Below are positions 50,340 to 59,647 of a DNA stretch of 64,000 nucleotides, one piece after another (positions within the stretch are counted from its first letter, which is position 1; each line of letters starts with the position of its first letter). Under the pieces are notes generated by a model, which was given only the letters and a program-made list of their open reading frames with translations, searched no databases and had not been told where the DNA came from. This stretch comes from an uncultured Eubacteriales bacterium (GTDB lineage: Bacteria; Acidobacteriota; Aminicenantia; Aminicenantales; Aminicenantaceae), in assembly GCA_964429695.1 (NCBI GenBank), contig CAYSCS010000068.1, positions 15,352-79,351 of the forward strand. Reading direction: 5' to 3'. A program made the translations under genes and the position numbers.

Positions 50340-52853
50340 ATGATAGAAGAGATTCGAGTTAAAAAAGCTTCACAGCACAACTTGAAAAGAATCGACGTAA
50401 ATCTCCCTAGGAACAAACTCATCGTCATCACAGGTCCGAGTGGTTCTGGAAAATCTTCCCTTGCTTTTGATACCCTTTTTGCCGAAGGGCAACGCCGCTA
50501 CCTTGAATGCCTTTCCACCTATGCCCGTCAGTATATCGAGCAGATGGAAAAGCCCGAGGTAGAGGCGATTGAAGGAATTTCACCTTCTATTTCTATCGAC
50601 CAGCGCACAATCTCCTCTAATCCCCGCTCTACTGTGGGGACAGTCACAGAAATTTATGACTTTTTGAGACTCCTTTTTGCCAGAGTGGGTACTCCCCACT
50701 GTCCGAAATGTGGGAGGAAAGTAAGTTCCCAGACTAAAGAACAAATAAGAGAAAAAATCTTAACCGGTTTCGATAAAGAAAGGGTGATGATTCTCTCTCC
50801 CTTAATCAAGGGGCGCAAAGGAGAGTACCACCGCCTCTTCGAGTGGTTGAGGAAGAAGGGATTTCTTAGAATCAGGGTTGATGGCGATTTTATGGAACTC
50901 GATGAAGAAATAACTCTGAGCAAGACAAGAAAACACAACATCGATGTCCTGGTGGATGAGATAAAAATTCAAAGAGAATCGGCTTCACGACTCAATGAAG
51001 CCGTGGAGAAAGCCCTTGAGATGTCAGAAGGAGACTTACTCCTGCTCTCCGAGGATGGAAAAGAAACCTTCTTCTCTCAGCATCTCCTCTGCCCCTATTG
51101 TGAAATAAGCCTTCCTGAGCTTGAGCCAAGAACATTTTCTTTTAACAGTCCTTACGGCGCCTGCCCTGAATGTAATGGGCTTGGCTATCAGACTGTGTAT
51201 AACGAATGGGGAGAACTCGAACTCACCGAAGAGGTATGTCCTCTCTGCGAGGGAGCAAGGTTGAAGAAAGAGAGTCTCGCCATAAAAGTAGGAGAGATGA
51301 ACATTCATGAATTGAGCTCGCTTTCGGTGAGCCAGCTGATGAAAAAGCTCTCTTCCCTGAGTTTTCCTCCTGCCCAGGAAAGAGTGGCCTCAAAAATCAT
51401 GAAGGAGATAATGACTCGTTTAATAGTCATGGAAGAGCTGGGAATGTCATACCTTGAGTTAAGCCGCACCACAGGCTCCCTCTCAGGGGGAGAAGCAAGA
51501 AGAGTGAGACTCGCAGCTCAGGTTGGTTCCCGGTTGAGAGGAATCTTATACGTCCTCGATGAACCAACGATTGGACTTCACCAGAGAGACAATAAACGCT
51601 TGATTTCTTTATTAAAAGACATCCGGGACGAAGGAAATTCTGTTATAGTTGTGGAGCATGATGAACAGACAATTCGAGCCGCTGATTATATCCTCGACCT
51701 CGGCCCGGGAGCAGGAGAGCAGGGTGGGTATAAAGTTGCTGAAGGGCCTCTTAACCTTGTGCTCGCTACCCCTCAGTCACTCACCGCTCAATATCTCAGA
51801 AAAGAAAAATTTATTGAATATCCTCAGCAGAGAAGAAAGCCAAGAGGGTGGTTGACAATCATCCAAGCAGCCGAGCACAACTTGAAAAATATCGATGTGC
51901 GGATACCCCTCTCGGTGATGACTGCAGTAACCGGAGTCTCAGGCTCTGGAAAGAGCACTCTCGTCTATGACATCCTCTACAAAGGACTGCTGAACATCTT
52001 CTATAAAACAAAGCAAAAAGCAGGCAAGCATCTATCGATATTGGGAGTAGAAAAAATCGATAAAGTGATTTCCATAGACCAGAAACCAATTGGCAGGACT
52101 CCCCGTTCAAATCCGGCTACCTACACGGGCCTTTTCACGCACTTGAGAAGGCTTTTTGCTCTGACCGCAGAATCAAGAATAAGGGGTTATTCTCCAGGAC
52201 GCTTCAGCTTCAACCTGAAGGGAGGACGCTGTGAGGAATGCGAGGGGGCGGGTTCAAAGAAGATAGAAATGCACTTCTTGCCCGATGTCTTCGTTACTTG
52301 TGATAGATGCCAGGGAAAACGTTATAACAGCGAAACCCTTTCTGTGCTTTACAAAGGAAAAAACATAGCTGATTATCTTGCGATGAGTGTCGAGGAAGCC
52401 TATGAATTGCTGAAGGCCCATCCTGTCCTTAAAAGAAAACTGGGATTATTGAAAAGAGTCGGGCTGGGTTATTTAAGGCTCGGTCAGCCTGCCCCTACTC
52501 TTTCTGGTGGAGAGGCACAGCGCATCAAGCTCACCAAGGAGTTGAGCCGCAAAGCGACAGGAAAGACCCTTTACCTGCTGGATGAGCCGACTACTGGGCT
52601 TCATTTCGATGATGTAAAAAAGCTCATGGACGTTCTCTCTGAATTGGTAAGACTGGGGAACACCGTGGTAGTTATTGAACACAACCTTGAAGTTATTAAA
52701 TGTTGCGATTATATTATTGACCTGGGGCCAGAAGGAGGGGAAGAGGGGGGCTGGATTGTGGCTGAAGGTACTCCTGAGGAAGTGGCAAGGAATGAAAAAT
52801 CCTACACAGGGAAATTTCTGAAAAAGGCATTATGGAAACGAGCGATTGTCTGA
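50340..52853 (+). CDS. uvrA: excinuclease ABC subunit A (UvrA) variant lacking the insertion domain
   Basis: Two ABC modules (GPSGSGKSS and GVSGSGKST; two LSGGE signatures). The first-module Zn pairs are present, and CEECEG/CDRC supply the C-terminal Zn finger. Only ~23 residues separate CPECNG from CPLCEG. An alternative TTG start at 50202/50208 has a strong SD. Confidence 0.85.
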   Translation: MIEEIRVKKASQHNLKRIDVNLPRNKLIVITGPSGSGKSSLAFDTLFAEGQRRYLECLSTYARQYIEQMEKPEVEAIEGISPSISIDQRTISSNPRSTVGTVTEIYDFLRLLFARVGTPHCPKCGRKVSSQTKEQIREKILTGFDKERVMILSPLIKGRKGEYHRLFEWLRKKGFLRIRVDGDFMELDEEITLSKTRKHNIDVLVDEIKIQRESASRLNEAVEKALEMSEGDLLLLSEDGKETFFSQHLLCPYCEISLPELEPRTFSFNSPYGACPECNGLGYQTVYNEWGELELTEEVCPLCEGARLKKESLAIKVGEMNIHELSSLSVSQLMKKLSSLSFPPAQERVASKIMKEIMTRLIVMEELGMSYLELSRTTGSLSGGEARRVRLAAQVGSRLRGILYVLDEPTIGLHQRDNKRLISLLKDIRDEGNSVIVVEHDEQTIRAADYILDLGPGAGEQGGYKVAEGPLNLVLATPQSLTAQYLRKEKFIEYPQQRRKPRGWLTIIQAAEHNLKNIDVRIPLSVMTAVTGVSGSGKSTLVYDILYKGLLNIFYKTKQKAGKHLSILGVEKIDKVISIDQKPIGRTPRSNPATYTGLFTHLRRLFALTAESRIRGYSPGRFSFNLKGGRCEECEGAGSKKIEMHFLPDVFVTCDRCQGKRYNSETLSVLYKGKNIADYLAMSVEEAYELLKAHPVLKRKLGLLKRVGLGYLRLGQPAPTLSGGEAQRIKLTKELSRKATGKTLYLLDEPTTGLHFDDVKKLMDVLSELVRLGNTVVVIEHNLEVIKCCDYIIDLGPEGGEEGGWIVAEGTPEEVARNEKSYTGKFLKKALWKRAIV

Positions 52854-53862
52854 ATCACAAACCATAAAAGAAGCGATGGCATTTAAAAACATTGTGGGAA
52901 ACGAGAAGGCAAAAACACTCCTTCGAAGGTACCTGGAGCTCAAAAAGATGCCCAATTCGATGCTCTTCTGGGGTCCTGAAGGGGTGGGCAAAATGAGCCT
53001 GGCAAAAGAAGTCGCAAAGGCAATAAACTGCAAAAAACTGCAAGAAGATGCATGCGATTCATGCTCCTCCTGCAGGGCGGTGATGAATGAAAATCATCCA
53101 GATATAATGTTCATCTATCCCAAGGGAAACATGCTAAAGATTGAACAGATGAGGATGTTGAAGCAGATTGCTTACTTCAAGCCGATGATTGGTAAAAAAA
53201 GAGTATTCATCATCGATGATGCGGAGAAAATGAATGAAGAAGCAGCAAATTCTCTTCTGAAAACTCTAGAAGAACCCCCAGCCTTTACCCATGTAATTCT
53301 CATCACCACTAATCCTTTCCTCATCCTCCCCACCATAAAATCTCGCTGCCAGATTGTGCGGCTCTCCCCTCTTTCAAGCGAAGAAATCGAAAAGGTTCTC
53401 ATAGAAAAAGGGTATCAAAGGGAAAGGGCAAGGATAATATCCCTTCTCTCTCGAGGGAACCTCAAAGAGGCCTTGACTCTTGACTGGGATGAAATAAACA
53501 CGATAAGAGGAGAAGCATGGAGGCTTTTTATCTCCCTCATCACCGGGCAGGGTGTTGGTCAGAGGTTGGAAAATTATTATTCCCAGAATCTTTCGAGGGG
53601 TGAATGGGAACAGCTTCTGGAGATGATTGCCTCCTTTTGCAGGGATTTAATCCTGATTAAAGAAAGAGGAGAGGAGAGGCTTCTTTTAAACCCAGATTTT
53701 CTGGAGGAGATCCGAAGGGTTGAGGCTGAAGCGAATATCGAGCGATGCCTTGATTATCTCCCTAAAATAGACTTTACCCTTTATGGCTTTAACAAAAATC
53801 TTAACCTGAACCTCCTTACAGCTTCCTTTTTTGCAAATTTTAGTGGAGAAACTCATGCCTGA
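52846..53862 (+). CDS. holB: DNA polymerase III delta-prime subunit
   Basis: FKNIVGNEKAKTLL, P-loop-like WGPEGVGKMSLA, Zn-module C-x-x-C (CDSCSSC), and SRCQ sensor motif. Confidence 0.8.
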   Translation: MSESQTIKEAMAFKNIVGNEKAKTLLRRYLELKKMPNSMLFWGPEGVGKMSLAKEVAKAINCKKLQEDACDSCSSCRAVMNENHPDIMFIYPKGNMLKIEQMRMLKQIAYFKPMIGKKRVFIIDDAEKMNEEAANSLLKTLEEPPAFTHVILITTNPFLILPTIKSRCQIVRLSPLSSEEIEKVLIEKGYQRERARIISLLSRGNLKEALTLDWDEINTIRGEAWRLFISLITGQGVGQRLENYYSQNLSRGEWEQLLEMIASFCRDLILIKERGEERLLLNPDFLEEIRRVEAEANIERCLDYLPKIDFTLYGFNKNLNLNLLTASFFANFSGETHA

Positions 53863-54535
53863 AGTAATCCTTGTCCTTCAAGAAAGAACGGGAAAGATTC
53901 TAAGAGCTTGGAATGAAAAGGAGGATTTGAAAAAAGGAGACCTCTGTCTCATCGAATCAGACCTGGGCGGAGACCTTGCGAGGGTTGTGGATACTTCAAG
54001 GTCTATCGCCAATCATCCTAAGGCTACGAAAGATGTGACCAAAATAATACGCAAAGCGAGTGAGGAAGATAAGGAAAAATTTCGAGAACTGAGGAATAAA
54101 GAGCAAAAGGCATTTGAATTTTGCCTTGAGAGAATAAAGGCCCTGAACCTTCCCATGAAGCTTGTAAGAGTAAATTATTTCTTCAACGAAAAGAAGGGAA
54201 TTTTCTATTATACGGCCGATGGCAGAGTAGATTTTCGCCAACTCGTAAGAGATTTAGCCAAAGAATTAAAGATGAGGATTGAAATGCGTCAAATTGGAGT
54301 TCGCGACGAAGCAAAGCTTCTGGGCGGGCTTGGGGTTTGCGGAAGGACACTTTGCTGTTTTTCATTCATGAAGAGTTTTGAACCCGTCACGATTCAGAAA
54401 GCAAAGAAACAACAGATTGTCATCAATCCCACAAAGATTTCAGGACTTTGCGGACGGCTGATGTGCTGCCTTGCCTTTGAAGAAGAGTCAAAGGGTAGGA
54501 TGTATGCTGAAGAAGAAAAGATCGAGGAAGATTGA
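53855..54535 (+). CDS. ricT: PSP1-domain protein (RicT/YaaT-like)
   Basis: PSP1 C-terminal domain with Cys-rich CGRTLCCFSF...GLCGRLMCCL. ATG 53855 with GGAGA SD. Typical position after holB. Confidence 0.75.
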   Translation: MPEVILVLQERTGKILRAWNEKEDLKKGDLCLIESDLGGDLARVVDTSRSIANHPKATKDVTKIIRKASEEDKEKFRELRNKEQKAFEFCLERIKALNLPMKLVRVNYFFNEKKGIFYYTADGRVDFRQLVRDLAKELKMRIEMRQIGVRDEAKLLGGLGVCGRTLCCFSFMKSFEPVTIQKAKKQQIVINPTKISGLCGRLMCCLAFEEESKGRMYAEEEKIEED

Positions 54536-54555
54536 ATCTTTCCCTGATGAGGAGC

Positions 54556-55200
54556 CTATTTCTTAATTCTGAACTGGACTATTGAAGAGACGGCAACCAA
54601 AATCCCCTCTTTTGAGAATGCCTTCACCTGCCAGGAGTACTTTTCACCTGCGCTCATCAGGCCTCTGATTTCTTCAGGCAAAAGGATAAAATTTTCCTTG
54701 GTTACGCCAGTCCAGAGAAGCTTCTCATTGTAGAGGTAAATCTTATATTCTACATCTTCTGCAAGTTTCTTCCAGGTAAACTCATAGGGAATAGTGCCCA
54801 CCTCAATCACCGGTGAAATGAGGGTGATCGACTCCCCTCTGACAAGGTCTTCGTTGATGAAAAATGCCGGAGAACTCGTCTTCAGGCGAGGAAGCAAAGC
54901 AATGATCGCGATGAGAAGCACGCCTACAATCACCGTAGCTGCTGCCCATTGTCTGGGAGTGAAAAAGGAAGTGAACTTTTCATACCAGAGAGCCCATCTT
55001 TTTTCTTCTCCTCCCTCCAAGTCCTTGAAAATCTCATCTCCTTTATATTTAATCGCCTTTATCAATTCATAGCGCTCTGCCATCTTCTCAAAGCAGTAAG
55101 AACAATTGAAGTAGTGCTCTTCAAACTCTTCCTTTTTCCCCTCGCTCATCCGCTCAAAAAGGTAGTCATCTATTAGATTTTCGAATTCACATTTTCTCAT
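54556..55200 (-). CDS. anti-sigma factor (zf-HC2 type) with one TM and a periplasmic domain
   Basis: N-terminal C-x26-H-x3-C-x2-C (MRKCEF...EEHYFNCSYC), a central TM (AAATVIVGVLLIAIIALL), downstream of the ECF sigma. Confidence 0.65.
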   Translation of the reverse strand: MRKCEFENLIDDYLFERMSEGKKEEFEEHYFNCSYCFEKMAERYELIKAIKYKGDEIFKDLEGGEEKRWALWYEKFTSFFTPRQWAAATVIVGVLLIAIIALLPRLKTSSPAFFINEDLVRGESITLISPVIEVGTIPYEFTWKKLAEDVEYKIYLYNEKLLWTGVTKENFILLPEEIRGLMSAGEKYSWQVKAFSKEGILVAVSSIVQFRIKK

Positions 55201-55265
55201 CGCTTATACCTTTCACTTGATTTCAATTATTTAGTCGATTCTCGAACAAAAAAACGAAATAATTT

Positions 55266-55760
55266 TCATTTTTTAATTATTTTTCTCAGAACCTTCTGAA
55301 TGTAATTCACTCGTTCGCTCACACGGCGGGGAGAGATGCCTAATCTCTTACCCACTTCCTCTCTTGAAAGCCCTTTATAATAATAGAGGTAGAGAAGCTC
55401 TCTGTAGCGTGGCTTGAGCTTTTTTAGAGCTTGAGCAATCAATTCCATTCTTTCCCTGTTTTCCACCTCCTCCTCCGGAGTGGGAAAAGGATTCGGCTCA
55501 GGAGCATGCTTCAGCACCTTGCTTTTTTCTCTTATGTAGTCGACTATCCTGCGGCTAGTAATGGTATAGATGAAGGTTCCTAGAGAAGATTCTCCCCTAA
55601 ATTCACCCTTCTTTATTTTTTCTATGACGTTGAGGATGATCTCACTGACAACATCTTCCCAGTCAGGATTGTTCGCCCCGAGCGACCTCTTCACCCTAAA
55701 TCCGATGATAGGACGATAACGGATTATAATCTCTTCGAAATCTGAATTATTCTTATTCAC
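55266..55760 (-). CDS. ECF-subfamily RNA polymerase sigma-70 factor
   Basis: Region 2 (DWEDVVSEIILNVIEKI) and region 4 HTH (LSREEVGKRLGISPRRVSERV). Confidence 0.85.
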   Translation of the reverse strand: MNKNNSDFEEIIIRYRPIIGFRVKRSLGANNPDWEDVVSEIILNVIEKIKKGEFRGESSLGTFIYTITSRRIVDYIREKSKVLKHAPEPNPFPTPEEEVENRERMELIAQALKKLKPRYRELLYLYYYKGLSREEVGKRLGISPRRVSERVNYIQKVLRKIIKK

Positions 55761-55820
55761 TTTTTTTATTATATAAGAGGATTCTTTAAGTTAGCAAGCT
55801 CGCGTATTGGAATCATCTAA

Positions 55821-55997
55821 ACGGATGGAAACCTGAGCGTGCATCTCTCAAAGCTTGAAGAAGCAGGCTATATCTTAATTAGAAAATCTTTTCGAGGGAA
55901 AAAACCTCTTACCATGTGCTCGATTACCGAAAGAGGAAGAGAAGCGTTCGCTGCCTATCTCAAGGCCTTGGAGAGTTATCTCCCCCAAAAGAAATAA
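55821..55997 (+). pseudogene. 3' remnant of a winged-helix (HTH_34-like) transcriptional regulator
   Basis: TDGNLSVHLSKLEEAGYILIRKSFRGKKPLTMCSITERGREAFAAYLKALESYL matches the wing and C-terminal half of this family. There is an in-frame TAA at 55818-55820 and no ATG upstream; the only option is an internal GTG at 55839. Confidence 0.5.
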
Positions 55998-56008
55998 AGA
56001 CCTCTTCC

Positions 56009-56860
56009 CTAACGCTCCGCCCAGCCAAGTTTCTCCTGGAGAAGGTCAAAATAATTTCTTTTCGGTGAGGATATGAGACGGAGTTCATAGCTGCTCGTCT
56101 TTACCTCAACCACATCATTCTTCTCTAGAAGATTACCTCTTTGTCCATCAAGCGTAAGATAGACCTCCTCTCCTCCCGTAAGAAGCTGGATCTTTATTCG
56201 CGATTCTGAAGAAATCACCATCGGCCGAAAAGATAACGTATGAGGACATATAGGAGCGATGATGATGGCCGGGATGTAAGGCTGGATGATTGGTCCTCCA
56301 GCTGAGAGAGAGTAGGCAGTCGATCCCGTCGGGGTTGAGATGATGAGACCATCAGCCCTTAGGCTAGCGATTTTCTTTTCATCGATCCAGATAGTGAACT
56401 GAATCATCCTTGCCAGGGCACCCTTGTTAATCACCACATCATTCAAGCAGTAATATAATTTCCCCTTCGCCTCTGCCTCAAGCATCCTCCTCGGGCTTAC
56501 AATCTCCTCATTTCCCTCAAGGAATGATTCAAAAGTGAGATACATCTCTTCGAGGGGTACTTCTGTCAGAAAGCCAAGTGAGCCTAGGTTTACACCCAGG
56601 ATAGGAACACCTTCCTGCGCTGCCAGATGCGCCACGCTCAAGAGAGTCCCATCCCCTCCGAGAACCACAAGCAAATCAACTTTCCCTGGAAGCTCATCGC
56701 GTCTCACTCCCTGACCTCTTTTGAGTTTTTCTGCTGCCACTTCTTCCAGTAAACATCCAATTCCTCTCTTCTTGAAATAGCTGAGAAGCTCTTCGAGGAT
56801 GCTCTCAATCCCTGGTGCATGAGGCTTGATCACAACTCCAACCCGCTCAATGCTTCTCAT
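56009..56860 (-). CDS. nadK: NAD+ kinase
   Basis: GGDGTLL motif and NadK C-terminal beta-sandwich region (TPTGSTAYSLSAGGPI). Confidence 0.9.
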   Translation of the reverse strand: MRSIERVGVVIKPHAPGIESILEELLSYFKKRGIGCLLEEVAAEKLKRGQGVRRDELPGKVDLLVVLGGDGTLLSVAHLAAQEGVPILGVNLGSLGFLTEVPLEEMYLTFESFLEGNEEIVSPRRMLEAEAKGKLYYCLNDVVINKGALARMIQFTIWIDEKKIASLRADGLIISTPTGSTAYSLSAGGPIIQPYIPAIIIAPICPHTLSFRPMVISSESRIKIQLLTGGEEVYLTLDGQRGNLLEKNDVVEVKTSSYELRLISSPKRNYFDLLQEKLGWAER

Positions 56861-57638
56861 TCCCTACTATCTCCTTAATCAGAGACTGAATCTCATTTCG
56901 CGAAAGATGACTCTCGCCATATCTTAGGTGAAGAAAAAATTCCTGATTTCCCCTCTGTCCCCTGAGCGAAGGCTTCATCAGGCCCCAAATTCCGAATCCT
57001 AGCTCCATCACTTCCTCCACCACTGATTTTAAAATCTGCTCATGGAGTTGGGGATCGCTAATGATACCCTTTTTCCCCACTTTTCCTTTTCCCGCCTCAA
57101 ACTGAGGCTTTAGAAGAACTAGGATATCAGCCGAGGAGACAAAGGACTTCAAGGCAGGTAACACTTTGAGAATCGAAATGAAGGAAAGGTCCACTGTCAC
57201 GAGGTCCAGCCTATCCCCAAAATCCTCTCTCTTTAAATAGCGAGCATTCTTCTCTATCATCACTACCCTGACGTCTCTTCTGAGCTTCCAATCAAGCTGA
57301 GTGGTATCCACATCCACGGCATAAACTTTCCTTGCTCCTCTTTGAAGAAGGCAGTCGGTAAAACCTCCAGTTGATGCCCCCAGGTCTGCTGCCACCATCC
57401 CTTTGACTCGAATCTGGAAAGAATCTAAAGCCTCCTCAAGCTTCAAGCCTCCCCGACTGACGTAGGGCATTCTCTCTTTGAGCACTATCTCCTTGGTCCT
57501 CTCTATCATCATGCCAGGCTTTTCTACTCTCTTGCCTGAGCAAAAGACAAGCCCCGCCATCACCAAAGCCCGAGCCTTCTCTCTCGTCTCTACTAGGCCT
57601 CTCTCCACAAGAAGCCTATCGATTCTTTCCTTATCCAT
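56847..57638 (-). CDS. tlyA: TlyA-family rRNA (cytidine-2'-O)-methyltransferase
   Basis: S4-like N-terminus RIDRLLVERGLVETREKA and FtsJ-like SAM motif DLGASTGGFTD. ATG 57638 preferred. Confidence 0.85.
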   Translation of the reverse strand: MDKERIDRLLVERGLVETREKARALVMAGLVFCSGKRVEKPGMMIERTKEIVLKERMPYVSRGGLKLEEALDSFQIRVKGMVAADLGASTGGFTDCLLQRGARKVYAVDVDTTQLDWKLRRDVRVVMIEKNARYLKREDFGDRLDLVTVDLSFISILKVLPALKSFVSSADILVLLKPQFEAGKGKVGKKGIISDPQLHEQILKSVVEEVMELGFGIWGLMKPSLRGQRGNQEFFLHLRYGESHLSRNEIQSLIKEIVGNEKH

Positions 57639-57679
57639 GTTATCTACAAAAAGCAAAATCCCTTATCCCTGCACCCGGT

Positions 57680-59647
57680 CTATTTTCCCCTCAACTTAAA
57701 AGAATTAATTTCATCCTCCCTTCTCTTTCTACCTTGGACCTTATTCCTTCTTTTTCCCTCAGCGTAGAATTCCCTGATCTGTCTCACAATCCCTTCCTCA
57801 TCCAGAAGTAACCTCTTCTTTATCTCGGAAGCATCCCCCAGGGGGTAAATCTCAAGCGGAATCCCTATTCTCTTGAATCTTATCCTGAATTTCTCTTCCC
57901 TGTCTAAAACCTCTCTCACTGCACTCCCCATGCCTCCTGCAATCACTCCTTCCTCGGCGGTAATGATTACATCCGCCTTCCTCGCGAAGCCTAAAATCAT
58001 CTCCTCATCCAGGGGTTTGGCAAACCTTGCATTTGCCACAGCCAGACTTATTCCTTCCTTCTCCAGCCTCTCTGCCGCTTTAAGAGAGGGATAGACCATG
58101 CTCCCCAGGGCGAAGAGTAAATCTTTGCCCTCTTTGAGAAGCTCGCTCTTCCCCACAGGGATTATCTTCAACTCCTCATCCAGCTTTACTCCATAACCTT
58201 TTCCTTTAGGAAAACGAAGGGCAGCAGGATGGGGATAAGAAAGCGCTGAATAAAGCATGTGGCGAAGCTCATTTTCATCTTTAGGTGCCATGAGAATAAT
58301 GTTGGGCATGTGACGCAGATAGACTATGTCGTTAATTCCTTGGTGGGTAGGACCATCTGCAGAAACAATCCCTGCCCTGTCCAAAGCAAACACCACGGGT
58401 ACATCCATCAGACAAACGTCGTGATAAATCTGATCATAGGCTCTCTGAAGAAAGGTAGAATAGATGGCTACTACAGGCTTAAACCCATTCAGAGCCAATC
58501 CAGTCGCAAAATCTACGGCATGTTGCTCGGCAATCCCTACATCGAAAAACCGCTCAGGAAAAAAATCAGCAAATTGCTTAAGTCCTGTGCCATCCGGCAT
58601 CGCAGCCGTGATTGCCATCACTTTAGGGTCTCTTCTGGCAATCTCACACATCGTCTCCCCAAACACTGAAGAATAAGTCGGCGTCTTATCTTTTTCCTTG
58701 ATTTCACCTGTTCTGAGGTCAAAAGGCGAGGCACTGTGAAATAGGGAAGGATTCTTTTGTGCAGGAAGATATCCCCTCCCTTTCTGCGTTACACAATGAA
58801 TGAGGACAGGCCCATCGTAAGTCTTTGCTTCCTCAAAAACTTCTATCAAAGAGCCAAGACTGTGTCCTTGGACAGGCCCAACATACTTTATCCCTAACTC
58901 CTCAAAGACAAGCCCGGGAAAGAATGTCTTCTTGATTACTTCCTCAATCGTGCGTGCCACCTTGATCATCGGCCACCCCAAGGTGGGAATAGACTTGAGG
59001 ATGGTTTTGGCATAGTCTTTGATTCTCAGGTAATACTGACCGGAGACAAGGTAGGAAAAATATTTTGAAAGCGCACCAACATTGGCAGAGATGGACATCT
59101 CGTTGTAGTTGAGAACCATGATCATTCTCTCCCTGAGGTGGCCGATTTGGTTCAATGCTTCCCAGGAAACACCGCCCGTAAGACTGCCGTCTCCAACCAC
59201 AACGATTACATGATAATCTTCCTTCTTCTTGTCCCGAGCCACTGCCATGCCTAGACCCGCTGAGAGGGCAGTCGAAGCATGGCCTGTGTTATAAACGTCA
59301 TACTCGCTCTCTTCCCGGCTGGGAAACCCGCACAGCCCTTCAAACTTACGCAGATTCTTGAAGAAAGCCTTTCTGCCCGTAATTATCTTATGAGTATAGC
59401 ATTGATGTCCCACATCCCAGATAATCTTGTCCCTCGGCGCATCGAACACATAATGAAGAGCAAGCGTAAGCTCCACCACACCCAGGTTAGGCGAAAGATG
59501 TCCTCCATTTCGAGAGACGACTTCAAGAATTAGCCCCCTTATTTCTCTCGCTAATCTAGCCAGCTCCTGGAGAGAGAGCTTCTTGAGGTCTGAAGGATAA
59601 TTGATCCTTTCCAGAACCTTTAATTTATTCTTTTCCTCCATTTCCAT
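57680..59647 (-). CDS. dxs: 1-deoxy-D-xylulose-5-phosphate synthase
   Basis: GGHLSPNLGVVELT and the TPP motif GDGSLTGG...N, plus transketolase-like C-terminal domains. Start ATG 59647 (MEMEEKNKLKVLERI...). It has a basic ~30-aa C-terminal tail. Confidence 0.9.
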   Translation of the reverse strand: MEMEEKNKLKVLERINYPSDLKKLSLQELARLAREIRGLILEVVSRNGGHLSPNLGVVELTLALHYVFDAPRDKIIWDVGHQCYTHKIITGRKAFFKNLRKFEGLCGFPSREESEYDVYNTGHASTALSAGLGMAVARDKKKEDYHVIVVVGDGSLTGGVSWEALNQIGHLRERMIMVLNYNEMSISANVGALSKYFSYLVSGQYYLRIKDYAKTILKSIPTLGWPMIKVARTIEEVIKKTFFPGLVFEELGIKYVGPVQGHSLGSLIEVFEEAKTYDGPVLIHCVTQKGRGYLPAQKNPSLFHSASPFDLRTGEIKEKDKTPTYSSVFGETMCEIARRDPKVMAITAAMPDGTGLKQFADFFPERFFDVGIAEQHAVDFATGLALNGFKPVVAIYSTFLQRAYDQIYHDVCLMDVPVVFALDRAGIVSADGPTHQGINDIVYLRHMPNIILMAPKDENELRHMLYSALSYPHPAALRFPKGKGYGVKLDEELKIIPVGKSELLKEGKDLLFALGSMVYPSLKAAERLEKEGISLAVANARFAKPLDEEMILGFARKADVIITAEEGVIAGGMGSAVREVLDREEKFRIRFKRIGIPLEIYPLGDASEIKKRLLLDEEGIVRQIREFYAEGKRRNKVQGRKRREDEINSFKLRGK

